The position numbers and the translations under genes were made by a program. A stretch of 64,000 bases of DNA. It comes from a bacterium. Its GTDB lineage: Bacteria > UBA8248. This document shows, piece after piece, positions 9,554 to 20,787 of the stretch. Every line of letters starts with the position of its first letter. Position 1 is the first letter of the stretch. The stretch lies in NCBI GenBank assembly GCA_965213625.1, contig CBDBZU010000004.1, positions 640,001 to 704,000 on the forward strand. The letters are read 5' to 3'. The notes under the pieces are model-generated. The model was not told the origin of the DNA. It did no database searches and saw only the letters and a list, made by a program, of their open reading frames with translations.

Positions 9554-10471
9554 CTAGCGCGTCCTGAGACGCGGGTCCAAGACATCTCTGAGCCAGTCGC
9601 CCACGAGGTTGGCTCCCAGTACGGTGAAGGTGATGGCGAGTCCCGGGAACGTGACGATCCACCATGAGACATACAGATAGGAGCGACCCTCGGCCAGGAG
9701 TCCGCCCCAGGTGGGCGTGGGCGGCGGGACGCCCAGCCCCAGGAAACTCAAGCCTGCCTCGATGACGATGAGCCGCCCCAGGTAGAGGGAGCCGATGATG
9801 ATAACGGGCGCCAGGACGTTGGGGAGAACATGGCGGAAGATGAGGCGCAAATCGCTTCCACCGACGGCGCGCGAGGCGATGACGAACTCCTGCTCGCGAA
9901 TCGAGAGAACATTGCCGCGCACCACGCGCGCGTACACCGTCCACTGGCGAAACGAGATCAGGGAGACGATGAGCCAGAGGCTCGGCCCCAGAATGGCGAT
10001 TGTCGCCAGGGCCAGCAGAATGAACGGAAACGAGAGGACGAAATCCACAAGCCGCATCAACAGATAGTCCACCCGCCCGCCGAAATAGCCCGCCACCATA
10101 CCGAGGATGAGGCCGATGCTCCCCGCCATGCCCGTCGCGGAGAGTCCGACGATGAGGGACACGCGCGCGCCGTAAATCAACCGGCTCAGGAGGTCGCGTC
10201 CGAGGTGGTCGGTGCCAAGGAGGAAGAGATGCCCCTCCCCCTCCCACATGGGCGGCTTCATCACCCGGGTGAGGGATTGCAAAGTGGGGTCCAGCGGCGC
10301 CAGCAGGGGCGCGAACAACGCGGCAATCAGCACGATGAGCAATATCACGGCTCCCGCCATCGCCGATTTCGTGGCGATGAGCGATCGCGCGAGCCGCCGC
10401 CACCAGGGAGTCTCGTCGAAGTGCTGGAACTCTTCGGACGTCATGAGGACTTCATCGCTTTCACCTCTCAT
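9554..10471 (-). CDS. dppC: Peptide/nickel ABC transporter permease (DppC-like)
   Basis: LGTDHLGRD..SRLIYGARVSL, HVLPN, LSFLGLG, TWGG motifs. Confidence 0.9.
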   Translation of the reverse strand: MRGESDEVLMTSEEFQHFDETPWWRRLARSLIATKSAMAGAVILLIVLIAALFAPLLAPLDPTLQSLTRVMKPPMWEGEGHLFLLGTDHLGRDLLSRLIYGARVSLIVGLSATGMAGSIGLILGMVAGYFGGRVDYLLMRLVDFVLSFPFILLALATIAILGPSLWLIVSLISFRQWTVYARVVRGNVLSIREQEFVIASRAVGGSDLRLIFRHVLPNVLAPVIIIGSLYLGRLIVIEAGLSFLGLGVPPPTPTWGGLLAEGRSYLYVSWWIVTFPGLAITFTVLGANLVGDWLRDVLDPRLRTR

Positions 10472-11385
10472 CGGTACTGAATCCTGGGATCGAGATAGGT
10501 GTAGATGATGTCCACCAGTAAATTGATTCCGACGAAGCCCAGGGCGAGAAGAAAAACCGCCGCCTGAACGATGGGGTAGTCCCGGTGGTGGATGGCGGCG
10601 ACCGTCAGGCGCCCCACGCCGGGCCAGGCGAACACGGTTTCGGTGATGACGGTTCCCCCCAGCGTGAGGGCGAGGTCCAGGCCGAGAATGGTGACGATGG
10701 GGATGGCCGAATTCTTGAGCGCGTGCTTGAACAACACGACCTTCTCATTCAGGCCCTTGGAATACGCCGTGAGAATGTAATCCTGTCTCAGCACCTCCAG
10801 CATTTCGGAGCGCATCAGCCGCGCGAGGCGTGCCGTGTGAAAGACGCCTGCGGCGATGGTCGGCATGATGAAGTGCACCGGCTCCCCGTAGCCGAACGGC
10901 GGGAGCCACCCCAGCTTCACGGAGAAGAGGAGGATCATCATCAGCCCCAGCCAGAAATCGGGAACCGCCTGGCCCAGCACGGCCCCGAACATCAGGCCCT
11001 TGTCGTAGACGGTGTTTTCCTTGAGCGCAGCGATGCACCCGAACGGAAGGCCGATGATGACCGACATGATGAACGCAGCCGCGGCGAGTTCGATGGTGGC
11101 CGGCAGGTGTTCGAGCACGACCTTGAGCGCGGATTCCCCATGCTCAAAGGATTCGCCAAAATTCCCGCGCAAGACGTTGCGGAAGAATATGAAATACTGC
11201 GTCGACAGGGGCTTGTCGAGGCCCATCTCGTTTCTGAGTTCCGCGATGTCTTCTTCAGTGGCGTCGTCGGGCAGCATGATCCGGGCGGGGTCGCCGGAGA
11301 GATGCAAAAGCAGAAACACGAAAATCAGGACGAACTTCATGAGCACGATGGCCTGAAGCATCCGCCGAACGATAAATCCCGTCAT
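10468..11385 (-). CDS. dppB: Peptide/nickel ABC transporter permease (DppB-like)
   Basis: GDPA, LPATIEL, RSEMLEVL.QDYI, ETVFAWPGVG, DYP, LDPRI; ATGA overlap with dppC. Confidence 0.9.
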   Translation of the reverse strand: MTGFIVRRMLQAIVLMKFVLIFVFLLLHLSGDPARIMLPDDATEEDIAELRNEMGLDKPLSTQYFIFFRNVLRGNFGESFEHGESALKVVLEHLPATIELAAAAFIMSVIIGLPFGCIAALKENTVYDKGLMFGAVLGQAVPDFWLGLMMILLFSVKLGWLPPFGYGEPVHFIMPTIAAGVFHTARLARLMRSEMLEVLRQDYILTAYSKGLNEKVVLFKHALKNSAIPIVTILGLDLALTLGGTVITETVFAWPGVGRLTVAAIHHRDYPIVQAAVFLLALGFVGINLLVDIIYTYLDPRIQYR

Positions 11386-11529
11386 TACGCCCCCCGTTGC
11401 AAGGCGAAACCCAAACCCTGTCCCTTACGCCCGCCCGAGGTCACACGTTTGTATTTCCCGGTGTGCTCGGGCTTTGTTCTCTCCCGGGCGCTCCAGACGA
11501 CACCCGGGAGAGAGGTGCGGCATCGCCTT

Positions 11530-13059
11530 TTATTTCCAGCCTGCGTCGGTTGCGATCACGAGGCCTGTGGAACGCATCTTCCAGTCGACGGATTTCTTCT
11601 TCCCGGAAATCTCGTCGAGGTGATACAAAAAGCCCAGGAAGGCCTGCTCCCTGATGTATGCGGCGAGCTTCCGGTATTTCTCCGCCTGCTTGGCCTCGTC
11701 CGGCTCCGAGCGGGCGCCCACGATCATATTGTCCAGCTTCTCGCTCCTCACGCCGCCATGCGTTGATTTGCTGTACAGGAGCCCTGAGTACATCCAGGCC
11801 GCGTGAAGCGCGAGATCGTTGCGGCAGGCGTAATTCCAGTAGGGTTTATAACCCTTCTTCCATTTCGAGCGGCTGTTCCTGCGCCAGGCGCCGTATTCGA
11901 GCGGCTTCACCTTGACGTTGATGTTGATCTTCTTGAGTTGTCCCGCAATGGCCTCCGCACCCTGCACGCCTTTGAGGTAACGCCCCAGGGGAACGACCAG
12001 CGGAACGGTGAAGCCCTTCTCGTAGCCGGCCGCTTTCATGAGGCTCTTCGCCTTGGCCACATCGTAGGCATAAGGTTTCAGGGCCGGGTTGTGGCCGAAA
12101 CTGTTCGGGCCGACGACGGTGCCCATGGCGGCGGTCGCGTGTCCCTGCAAAACGTTTTTGATGATGCTGTCCTTGTCGATGGCGTGGTTCACCGCCTGGC
12201 GCACGCGCACGTCGGACCAGGGCGCTCCGTCCTTGAGAACCATGATGAGCGAGCACGCCTTGGGGCCGGGGCCGGCGACGACGTCGACGTTGGGATTGGA
12301 TTTCGCCATCGGGACCGTCTGCGGCGGAATGTCCTTGATCATGTCGACCGCGCCCGACACGAGCGCGGAGACGCGCGTCGTCGGCTCGGGAATGACCTTG
12401 ACGATCACTTTCTTCACGCGCTGGCGCGATTTATCCCAGTATCCGGAAGCAGCCTCGAAAACCATCTCGGAGCCCTTGCGCCATTTCACGAGGCGGTAGG
12501 GGCCGCTGCCGACCGGCTTGCGCGCGAGTTCTTTGAGTTTGTTACTCCCGTAATGCTTCGGCGGAACCACTGCGCTGAAATCCGCCAGCGGCGAGAGGAG
12601 ATAGCGGTCGGGATGCTTGGTGTGGAGCCGTACGGTGTGCGAATCGACCACTTCGACTTTCGTGAGACTCCTGTAGAAATTGCGGATGCGGCTTTTTATC
12701 TTCTTGTCGAACAGCCTGTCGAGACTGTACTTGATGGCGTTTGCGTCGACGGGCTCTCCGTTATGGAACTTGACGCCCTTGCGAATCTTGAGTTCCAGCA
12801 CCGTTGGAGAAACGTAACTCCAAGACGTCGCGAGGGCGGGGATGATTTTCCCCTTGATGTCACGCGCCAGAATATTGTCGAACACGAGGGGCCAGGACTG
12901 AAGCATGGGAAGCCCGAGCCGGATGTGGGGGTCGAACGTCGTCGGGTCTCCGGGCATCCCGATGAGAAGCTGATCTTTTTTGGCAGAGAGCGCACTCCCA
13001 GACATCAGCGTCAGCGACATGAAAACGGCCATTCCGAAAATCATGAACTTTTTCATCAT
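11530..13059 (-). CDS. dppA: Peptide ABC transporter substrate-binding protein (family 5)
   Basis: Signal peptide; PALATSW, GVKFHNG, PVGSGPY, VRVRQAVNHAID motifs. Confidence 0.9.
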   Translation of the reverse strand: MMKKFMIFGMAVFMSLTLMSGSALSAKKDQLLIGMPGDPTTFDPHIRLGLPMLQSWPLVFDNILARDIKGKIIPALATSWSYVSPTVLELKIRKGVKFHNGEPVDANAIKYSLDRLFDKKIKSRIRNFYRSLTKVEVVDSHTVRLHTKHPDRYLLSPLADFSAVVPPKHYGSNKLKELARKPVGSGPYRLVKWRKGSEMVFEAASGYWDKSRQRVKKVIVKVIPEPTTRVSALVSGAVDMIKDIPPQTVPMAKSNPNVDVVAGPGPKACSLIMVLKDGAPWSDVRVRQAVNHAIDKDSIIKNVLQGHATAAMGTVVGPNSFGHNPALKPYAYDVAKAKSLMKAAGYEKGFTVPLVVPLGRYLKGVQGAEAIAGQLKKININVKVKPLEYGAWRRNSRSKWKKGYKPYWNYACRNDLALHAAWMYSGLLYSKSTHGGVRSEKLDNMIVGARSEPDEAKQAEKYRKLAAYIREQAFLGFLYHLDEISGKKKSVDWKMRSTGLVIATDAGWK

Positions 13060-13543
13060 CTTCACTCCTCCTCTTTTCGGTATCCGGTCGACGATAGTTT
13101 CGCTCTGAAATTCATAAGATTTTGCTCCTGCATATGTTTCATACGATGCAACTGCATGTGTCCGACGACGGGAAAATCGATTCGGTGATCGAAGGGTAAA
13201 ATTCCGGTTATGATGTTGCAGCCTGAAAAATATACCAATCCCTTACCGATTTCCGGCTCGAAAATGCGAGTCCCTTCCCCTTCTGCAGAATCAAAAATCG
13301 CCTGCCTTCCAGCGACGAAAATAAAAAACCGCGGACAGTTATTCTCTTTTCAAGATTATTTCCATGATTGGTTATTGCCACTTGCGTGTCAACCAATAAC
13401 CGGAAGACAGACACAAACCACCTCAGCGCGGTTTATTGCCGGATGAACCGAACCCGCAGGGGGTCGTGAAAACCGGGAGAGGCGTGCTACATATGGTTTT
13501 ATTCTGGAATTTTCGGCAGATGAGAACCCAGGGAGGATGAGAG

Positions 13544-14581
13544 ATGTTCGATAAGATAGCCGTGTTCGGAACCGGAGCCATCGGCAGCAGCGCCGCCGCA
13601 GACCTCACCGATGCGGGCTATGACGTCACCATCGTCGATCAGTGGCCGGCGCATGTTGAAGCGATGAGAAAAGACGGGCTCCACGTCCAGATGCCGGACC
13701 TCGATTTGAAGGTTCGCGTAAAGGCCCTCCACGTGTGCGAGCTGGCCTCGGCCAAGCCCGAGTTCGACCTCATCCTCCTGGCGGTCAAATCTTTCGACAC
13801 GCGCTGGATGGCCGAACTCATGGCCCCGCACCTGAAACCGGACGGCGTGCTGGTGGGACTCCAGAACAGCATGAACGAAGAAGAAATAACAACTTCCATT
13901 ATCGGCCGGGAGCGTGTGGTGGGCTGCTGCATCGAACTTTCCGGAGAGATATTCACCCCGGGTTTCGTGCAGCGAAACACGCCGCGCACCGGCACCTGGT
14001 TCGCCGTGGGCGAACTGGACGGCTCCATCACCCCGCGTCTGGAGGAGATCCGGAGAATCCTGAGCCACGTCGCCAAGGTGGACATTTCCAACAACATCCG
14101 GGGCACGAAATGGACGAAGCTCGTCGTCAACTCGATGAGCATGGGACCCTGGGGACTCATCGGCCTGCACAACAGAGAAGTCGCCAAACTTCCCGGAATC
14201 TTCGATATTGCGGTGAGACTCGGCAAGGAGACGGTAGAGGTCGGTACGGCGATGGGAATCAACATCGAGCCCGTCTTCGGGCTGAGCGCGGATGATTTCG
14301 CGGGCGATGAGGACAAGGTGCTGTTGAACGCCCTGACGACCATGACGGGCCACACCGGGCCGCGCGCCCGCACGGCGCCCATTCACGATCACATCAAGGG
14401 CCGCAAGAACGAAATTGAATTCATTAACGGCCTCGTTTCGCGGAAGGGAAAAGAACTCGGCATCCCCACTCCCTATAACGACGCCGTAAGCGAACTCGCC
14501 CGGGCCATCAACCGCAATGAACTGAAAATGGACCCCTCGAACTACGAACTCCTGAAATCCAGGCTGGGAATCTCAGATTGA
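13544..14581 (+). CDS. Ketopantoate reductase family protein (PanE/ApbA-like)
   Basis: GTGAIG, LAVKS, WTKL..N, EIEFING, GIPTPYN motifs. Confidence 0.85.
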   Translation: MFDKIAVFGTGAIGSSAAADLTDAGYDVTIVDQWPAHVEAMRKDGLHVQMPDLDLKVRVKALHVCELASAKPEFDLILLAVKSFDTRWMAELMAPHLKPDGVLVGLQNSMNEEEITTSIIGRERVVGCCIELSGEIFTPGFVQRNTPRTGTWFAVGELDGSITPRLEEIRRILSHVAKVDISNNIRGTKWTKLVVNSMSMGPWGLIGLHNREVAKLPGIFDIAVRLGKETVEVGTAMGINIEPVFGLSADDFAGDEDKVLLNALTTMTGHTGPRARTAPIHDHIKGRKNEIEFINGLVSRKGKELGIPTPYNDAVSELARAINRNELKMDPSNYELLKSRLGISD

Positions 14582-14691
14582 TTTGAGTAAATCTATCTGG
14601 GCCGCTTTTACAAGGATAGTACGGGTAAACGTGTGGGAGATCGATCAAAGTCTCTTTCAATCGGTAAAACAATTTATGGTGATGAAAGGGA

Positions 14692-15375
14692 CTATGCGAG
14701 CTCGCGTCTGGGGTTCCGGCCTTCCACCATGAAGACGACGGCCTCTGCGATGTTCGTCGCGTGATCGGCGATTCTCTCGAAGTATTTCGAGATGAACGTC
14801 AGTCGGGTCGAGCGGCTGATGTTGCGCGGGTTGTCCAGCATGTAGGTCAGCAGTTCGCGGAACAACTCCTCGTTCATGTCGTCCACTTCATCGTCGCTCG
14901 CCATGACCTTGCGCGCCAGAACGACGTCTTCCTTGATGAAGCTGTCCAGGCTCTCGCGCAGCATCTGGCTCGAAGCGCTGGCCATACGCGGAAGTTCGAT
15001 ATAGGGCTTGAGCGGAGGTTCCTCGTTCAACTCCAGCGCGCGCTCGCAGACGTTGACGGCCAGATCGCCCACCCGTTCGAGGTCTGAGGCGATTTTGAGG
15101 CCCGTCGTGATGAAGCGCAGGTCCACCGAAGTCGGCTGCCTGAGCGCCACCATCTGCAGGCAAAGCTCGTTCACGTCGATTTCGAGTTGGTTGACTTCCG
15201 AGTCACTCTCGATGACGGTCTGCGCGATATCGGAATTACGTTTTGTGAGGCTTTCGATGCTCTTCGCCATCATCGCCTCCACTTTGGCGCCCAATTCCAG
15301 GAGAACGCGTCGGAGCTCCTGGAGTTCGCTTTCGAATTCCGAACTCGTATGTACTCTTCCGCTCGTCAGTGTCAT
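14692..15375 (-). CDS. phoU: Phosphate signalling complex protein PhoU
   Basis: QP...DLR, DLERVGD..VN, ERIADHATNIAE motifs. Confidence 0.96.
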   Translation of the reverse strand: MTLTSGRVHTSSEFESELQELRRVLLELGAKVEAMMAKSIESLTKRNSDIAQTVIESDSEVNQLEIDVNELCLQMVALRQPTSVDLRFITTGLKIASDLERVGDLAVNVCERALELNEEPPLKPYIELPRMASASSQMLRESLDSFIKEDVVLARKVMASDDEVDDMNEELFRELLTYMLDNPRNISRSTRLTFISKYFERIADHATNIAEAVVFMVEGRNPRRELA

Positions 15376-15392
15376 GCAATATCCTCCAGCGC

Positions 15393-16223
15393 TTAGCCGA
15401 ATCGGCCGGTGATGTAATCTGATGTGCGCACGTTCATGGGGTTCATGAAAATTTTCTTCGTTTCTCCGTATTCAATCAACCGGCCCAGGAACATGAAGGC
15501 CGTGTTGTCCGAGACGCGGGCGGCCTGCTGCATGTTGTGCGTCACGATGACGATGGAGAAGTGCTCCTTGAGCTGCGCTATGAGATCCTCGATCCGGGCG
15601 GTAGCGATAGGATCCAGCGCGGAGCAGGGCTCGTCCATCAGGATGATCTCGGGCTCCGAGGCAATCGCCCGGGCGATGCACAGGCGCTGCTGCTGACCGC
15701 CGGAGAGGCCGAGGGCGTTGTCCTGCAGCCGGTCGGACACCTCATCCCAGAGCGCGGCGTCGCGCAGGGAGCGTTCGCAGGTTTCCTCCAGCAATCGCCT
15801 GTCGCGTATTCCATCCACCCGCAGGGGATAGACCACGTTCTCGAATATCGACATCGGGAAGGGGTTGGGCTTCTGGAACACCATACCGAGACGCTTGCGA
15901 AGCTCGATGACTTCCACGCGCGGATCGTGGATGTCGGTTCCTTCAATCGAAATGCTCCCACCGCGGCGGATGCCGTCGATCAGGTCGTTCATGCGGTTGA
16001 ATGAGCGCAGGAGCGTGGATTTCCCGCAACCCGAAGGGCCGATCAGGGAGGTGACGAGCTCTTTCTGGATCTTCAGCGTGTTGTTGAACAGAGCCTGTTT
16101 CTCGTCATACCAAAAGTTGAAGTCTTCGATCTCGATAACACTGCCGAGCGCGCTCTCGACGGGATGGTATGCCGTCGCTTCGAACTCGCCCTGCAATCTG
16201 GTGGTTACCGCGTCAGCCGCCAT
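15393..16223 (-). CDS. pstB: Phosphate ABC transporter ATP-binding protein
   Basis: [47 protein letters not shown]. Confidence 0.97.
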   Translation of the reverse strand: MAADAVTTRLQGEFEATAYHPVESALGSVIEIEDFNFWYDEKQALFNNTLKIQKELVTSLIGPSGCGKSTLLRSFNRMNDLIDGIRRGGSISIEGTDIHDPRVEVIELRKRLGMVFQKPNPFPMSIFENVVYPLRVDGIRDRRLLEETCERSLRDAALWDEVSDRLQDNALGLSGGQQQRLCIARAIASEPEIILMDEPCSALDPIATARIEDLIAQLKEHFSIVIVTHNMQQAARVSDNTAFMFLGRLIEYGETKKIFMNPMNVRTSDYITGRFG

Positions 16224-16238
16224 TTCAATGCGTCTCCA

Positions 16239-18065
16239 CTAAAATTGGCCTTCCACGAACTTCCGTCGAAGGCGGTTGCGAATCATGATGGCGAAAGCGT
16301 TCATGAGTGCGATGATTGTTATCAGAAGAAGCGTCGTGACGAAAACCATCGGTTTTCCGGCTTCTGAATTCCTGGACTGGAATCCCACGTCGTAGATATG
16401 AAAACCCAGGTGCATGAAACTTCTCTCGGGGTGTAAGAACGGGAAGAAAGTGTCGAAGGGAAGCTCGGGCGCGAGCTTCACCACCCCAACAAGCATGAGG
16501 GGCGCCACTTCGCCCGCGCCGCGCGCCATCGCCAGTATGAGGCCGGTCATGATGCCCGGCATGGCCTGCGGCAGGACGATGTTACGGATGGTCTGCCACT
16601 TCGAGGCGCCGCAGGCGAGGGAACCCTCCCGCATGGAGCGGGGTACGGCGGTGAGCGCTTCTTCGGTCGCCACGATCACCACGGGGACGGTGAGGAGCGC
16701 CAGCGTCAGGGACGCCCACAACAAGCCCCCCGTGCCAAACGTCGGGTTGGGGAGTCTCTCGGGATAGAACAACTGGTCGATACCCACACCGATGGTGTAG
16801 GCGAAAAATCCCAGGCCAAACACGCCGTAGACGATGGAGGGCACGCCCGCCAGGTTGTTCACGCAAATGCGCACGATGGATACCAGAGCGCCCTCCTTGG
16901 CGTATTCACGAAGATAAAGCGCCGTGATAACACCGAACGGGGCGACGAAGACGACCATGAGCAGCGTCATCATGATGGTGCCGAAAATCGCCGGCAAAAC
17001 GCCGCCCTCGGTATTCGCCTCACGCGGATCGTCGGTTAAAAACTCCCCCCACCGGGAGAAATAGACGCCAATCTTTCCAAAGAACGAAAGGTTGTTGGCC
17101 GGGTAGATGCGAACGATCTCGGAGAGCCTTAAGCGTTTCTCGCGACCGCCGACCTCCGCGAGGGTGATTTTATATCTCTCATCCTCTTTGTTGATCGCGG
17201 CGATTTTTTTCTTGAGCACCGCGAATCCGGCCCGCCTCTCCTTTGTCTGGCGTTCGAACTTCTCCATCTCGGCGCGATACTCCGCACTCTTCTTCCCGTA
17301 ATCCAGTTCGGTGCGCCGCAAGGCGAGACGGTCTTCTTCGATGTAGTAATTGATGGCGCCTATCTCATCCACCTCTATGGAACGAATCGCTTCCCGGCGG
17401 TCGACCGCATCATCGTGGGCCACGTACAACGCATCCAGGGATACCTTTTCGCCAGGGATACGGCGGCCATCGAGCGTCAGTGTTTTGATAAAACCGATGA
17501 ACGGGCCCCATTCCCTGCGCTCGATGAAGAAAATGCCGGGCGGCGTCTCGGTCTTCGCGACCTGATGCGCCACCGCCCACTTGAAGTCCTCGTTGTAGAC
17601 GTCGAAATTGCCGATCCTGTAGAGCGTACGATGCGCAAATCCGTCCGCTTCCCGGATAATGCGCCGGGTCTCCGGGTCAAGCCCTTTCATCTGCTCGGGG
17701 GAGGGGCGGAAACTCTCGGAGCGGAACGGTTCGCCGGCGATGCGCTGGCCGTTTTTAAGCGTCACTACCTCGACGGGCCCGGGATAGAACGTCACGATGC
17801 CGTTCCACAGAACGAGCGCGAGAAAACCGATAATCATCAATACACCCAGAGCGAGCGCGCCTCCCATGATCCAGACGAAGGGCTCGCCTCTGGCCTTGAA
17901 ATCAATTGATGCGCGAAGACCCGTCCTGCCGGGCGGGCTTGTTTCCACCTCGGCGGCCTGCGCCACTTCGGGCGGGGGCTCATTGTGGTTGCCGGAGTCG
18001 CCTTCGCGAATCAGTATTTCCGGTTCTTTCTTCTCTTTTTTTTGTTTCGGATCTTTCGCCTTCAT
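16239..18065 (-). CDS. pstA: Phosphate ABC transporter permease PstA (long type with periplasmic coiled coil)
   Basis: PREANTEGG, NNLAGVPSIVYGVFGL, RGAGEVAPL motifs. Confidence 0.93.
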   Translation of the reverse strand: MKAKDPKQKKEKKEPEILIREGDSGNHNEPPPEVAQAAEVETSPPGRTGLRASIDFKARGEPFVWIMGGALALGVLMIIGFLALVLWNGIVTFYPGPVEVVTLKNGQRIAGEPFRSESFRPSPEQMKGLDPETRRIIREADGFAHRTLYRIGNFDVYNEDFKWAVAHQVAKTETPPGIFFIERREWGPFIGFIKTLTLDGRRIPGEKVSLDALYVAHDDAVDRREAIRSIEVDEIGAINYYIEEDRLALRRTELDYGKKSAEYRAEMEKFERQTKERRAGFAVLKKKIAAINKEDERYKITLAEVGGREKRLRLSEIVRIYPANNLSFFGKIGVYFSRWGEFLTDDPREANTEGGVLPAIFGTIMMTLLMVVFVAPFGVITALYLREYAKEGALVSIVRICVNNLAGVPSIVYGVFGLGFFAYTIGVGIDQLFYPERLPNPTFGTGGLLWASLTLALLTVPVVIVATEEALTAVPRSMREGSLACGASKWQTIRNIVLPQAMPGIMTGLILAMARGAGEVAPLMLVGVVKLAPELPFDTFFPFLHPERSFMHLGFHIYDVGFQSRNSEAGKPMVFVTTLLLITIIALMNAFAIMIRNRLRRKFVEGQF

Positions 18066-18072
18066 CCTGTCC

Positions 18073-20709
18073 TCACAACTGCGAAGCGCGCTTGCGGAAT
18101 CGGAGACGAACCACTTCTGCAACCGTATTCACAATGAACGTCATCGCGAAGAGAACGAGGGCCGCCAGGAACAACACCCGGTAAAGCGTCCCGTCCTTGA
18201 CGGCTTCCGGAAGCTCCACCGCGATGTTCGCCGAAAGCGCCCTGAGGCCCGAGAATATGTTCCAGTCCAGAACCGGGGTATTGCCCGCCGCCATGACGAC
18301 GATCATGGTTTCACCCACCGCGCGGCCCATACCGATCATCACGGCGGCGAAAATTCCGCTGGCTGCCGTGGGCAGGATGACCCAAAGGGCCGTCTGCCAG
18401 GGGGTGGCGCCGCATGCGAGGCTCGCCGCTCTGAGGTGGCTCGGCACAGCGTTGAGCGCATCCTCGGCGATGGTATAGATGAGCGGGATGACGGCGAAGC
18501 CCATCGCGAAGCCCACGACGAGGGCGTTGCGCTGGACGTAGGTGTCGATGACCCCGCCGCGCGCGTCCAGGCCGAGCGCCGTAAGCACCGCGGCCGTGAG
18601 CCAGCTGAGCAGTCCGGCGGAGACCAGCATCCCGGCCCAGCGAAGAAGCTCGAAGAGCGCACCGCGCGAATGATCCATCTGTCTGAGCTTTAGTCTCCAT
18701 TCATATCCGAATAACCGCTCGCCCGCGAAAGCAATAATGATAAAAGATACGGGATAGAAAATGATGAACAGCATGGGCGTCGCTATCCCGATGTTCCCGT
18801 TTGCCCAGGCCTTGAAGTCGCCGCCGAATAATAGTCTCTCGAACCCCGGTCCGATGAGAAAACCGAGCAGCGAGCCGAGGATAATTACGATGAACACCAG
18901 CCCGAGTTTGGGAAACCCCGACAGGGGGAGGGAGACGCGCGGCGGCATCACCTGCCATAAATAAGCCGAGAGCAACAGAAGAAACGGGATCAGCATAAAC
19001 GTGAGTAAGACTGCGGCTATCCACGTCTCCACGATGGGCGCGAGAATCAGGGCGGCCACGAAGCCGAGGACCACAGAGGGGAGCGAGGCCATCATCTCCA
19101 TCGCGGGCTTCACGACGGAGCGCACCTGCGGGCCGATGAATTCGGAGGTGAAAATTGCGCCCAGCACCGCGATGGGTATCGCAAAGATCAGGGAATAGAC
19201 CGTTCCCTTGATGGTTCCGAATATCAGGGGGATGAGGGATATCTTCTCCTCGAACGCGTCGTCTCCCGAGGAGGACTGCCATGTATACTCGGGTTTGGGA
19301 TAGCCTTCGTACCAGACCTTGCCGAACAGCGTCTGGAAAGTCGTCTCGGGGTGTTCCGCCTCGAATTTCCAGAAATTCACGACTCCCTTATCGTCTGTGG
19401 CGACAATTGCGTCATCGCGCGGCGAGAGTCGGATGAAGCGCGCGGAGCCATTCACCATCTCCTTCACCTGGAAGCGAAGCAGCGTTGACTCGCTCGTTGC
19501 ATGGCGAAGCCAGATGTTTCCGCCTGAATCCATCGTGGTGAACATCCGGCTGCGCTGGGAGGCGGAAAAACCCGAAACACTCGCGGCGTGCCTCTCCAGT
19601 TCGTGTCCGCGCACCAGCACCAGCCCGTCCGAGGTGGCGGCGCCCGGTCTGCGCGCCTGGAAGAAAATGCTCAAAGACCCCTTGGAGCCTCCCACGATGA
19701 TGGATTCTTCGCCGATGAGGGCTTTGAACACCGTCAGCTTCTCGTCCATGGGAAGCAGGTTGCTCTTTTCCACGAGGGTAATGGCGTCGAAGCTCCTGGT
19801 GTCGTAGCGAAGGAGAAACCCTTTCTCGACGCCGATGTATACCTTGTCGGCTTTTTCCGTGAGGAGTATGTCGACAATGCGTGTTCCGGTCGGCAAATCA
19901 GGCAGAACCACGGTTTCTACGGAAGAAGTGGTCTGCCCCGTCAGAAGATTGATCCTGGTCTCCGTCAGGCTCAGGCGCGCCACGCCCCTGGCGTCCACCG
20001 TGGCGAAGGAGATGCTCGGCCGCTCCGGAGTTCCGCCCACCTTGTAGTCAAGCTTCACGATGGGCGTGCCTTTCGGGGCTACCTGTTGCGGCTTCTCGAG
20101 TTCCGCCTCCAGCCAGATCTTTCGCATCTGGTCGCCCGGAATTTTCGAAAAGACGACTTTTCCGTCGGTGAAATCGCGCGCGTCGATTTTGGTGAGTCCC
20201 TTCGGAACCCTATCCGCCGGCAATATTTGGGTTCTGAAATTGACTTTACCGAACCGGACCGTTCCATCGGGGAAGCCGAAGGCGACGTTTCCGCCCTTGA
20301 GCGTTCGCCCGAAAGCGCTCGCCGGCGCACCTCCAAAATCGAGTTTCAACGGCCTGAGCGCTTTTCCGGTTGATGCGTGTACGGGCGTCAACACGCCGTT
20401 TTTCGAAACCAGGACGGCGATGGTGTTATAATCATCCACCTCGACGCTGAGGAGAGTGCTCTTGGACGCACCCACCCGGAAGACGCCCGAGCCGGTTATC
20501 GTTTCTCCGGCGAACAGCGGCAGCGCCACTGCGACGAGAAACGCCATGATCCCGATAACGGCCAAAATCACAAAAAGCCCGCCGATCGTGATTACGTTGG
20601 TGGCGAGCTTATCGAAAATACGGACGGATTGTCTGGCGCTCAGGTCACGCGTCCGGCCCGGCTTCCTTCTTTCTTTATCATCTGCGTCTGAAACCTGGTT
20701 TTCGTTCAT
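18073..20709 (-). CDS. pstC: Phosphate ABC transporter permease PstC (long type with beta-propeller-like periplasmic domain)
   Basis: KVWYEGY.KPEYTWQSSS, LPSVVLGF, GRAVGETMIV, PEA..GTLYR motifs. Confidence 0.92.
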   Translation of the reverse strand: MNENQVSDADDKERRKPGRTRDLSARQSVRIFDKLATNVITIGGLFVILAVIGIMAFLVAVALPLFAGETITGSGVFRVGASKSTLLSVEVDDYNTIAVLVSKNGVLTPVHASTGKALRPLKLDFGGAPASAFGRTLKGGNVAFGFPDGTVRFGKVNFRTQILPADRVPKGLTKIDARDFTDGKVVFSKIPGDQMRKIWLEAELEKPQQVAPKGTPIVKLDYKVGGTPERPSISFATVDARGVARLSLTETRINLLTGQTTSSVETVVLPDLPTGTRIVDILLTEKADKVYIGVEKGFLLRYDTRSFDAITLVEKSNLLPMDEKLTVFKALIGEESIIVGGSKGSLSIFFQARRPGAATSDGLVLVRGHELERHAASVSGFSASQRSRMFTTMDSGGNIWLRHATSESTLLRFQVKEMVNGSARFIRLSPRDDAIVATDDKGVVNFWKFEAEHPETTFQTLFGKVWYEGYPKPEYTWQSSSGDDAFEEKISLIPLIFGTIKGTVYSLIFAIPIAVLGAIFTSEFIGPQVRSVVKPAMEMMASLPSVVLGFVAALILAPIVETWIAAVLLTFMLIPFLLLLSAYLWQVMPPRVSLPLSGFPKLGLVFIVIILGSLLGFLIGPGFERLLFGGDFKAWANGNIGIATPMLFIIFYPVSFIIIAFAGERLFGYEWRLKLRQMDHSRGALFELLRWAGMLVSAGLLSWLTAAVLTALGLDARGGVIDTYVQRNALVVGFAMGFAVIPLIYTIAEDALNAVPSHLRAASLACGATPWQTALWVILPTAASGIFAAVMIGMGRAVGETMIVVMAAGNTPVLDWNIFSGLRALSANIAVELPEAVKDGTLYRVLFLAALVLFAMTFIVNTVAEVVRLRFRKRASQL

Positions 20710-20787
20710 GTTTTTCTTTTCAAAAATGAAAGCGGGGGGACGGCGAATCCAATCCGCCGTCCCCGCCGCTGCGCTGCACCTGAAAAA

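Noticed and set aside
16239-20709. Unusually long PstA and PstC as novel fusions
   Set aside because: Long forms with periplasmic domains are a known type in several Proteobacteria
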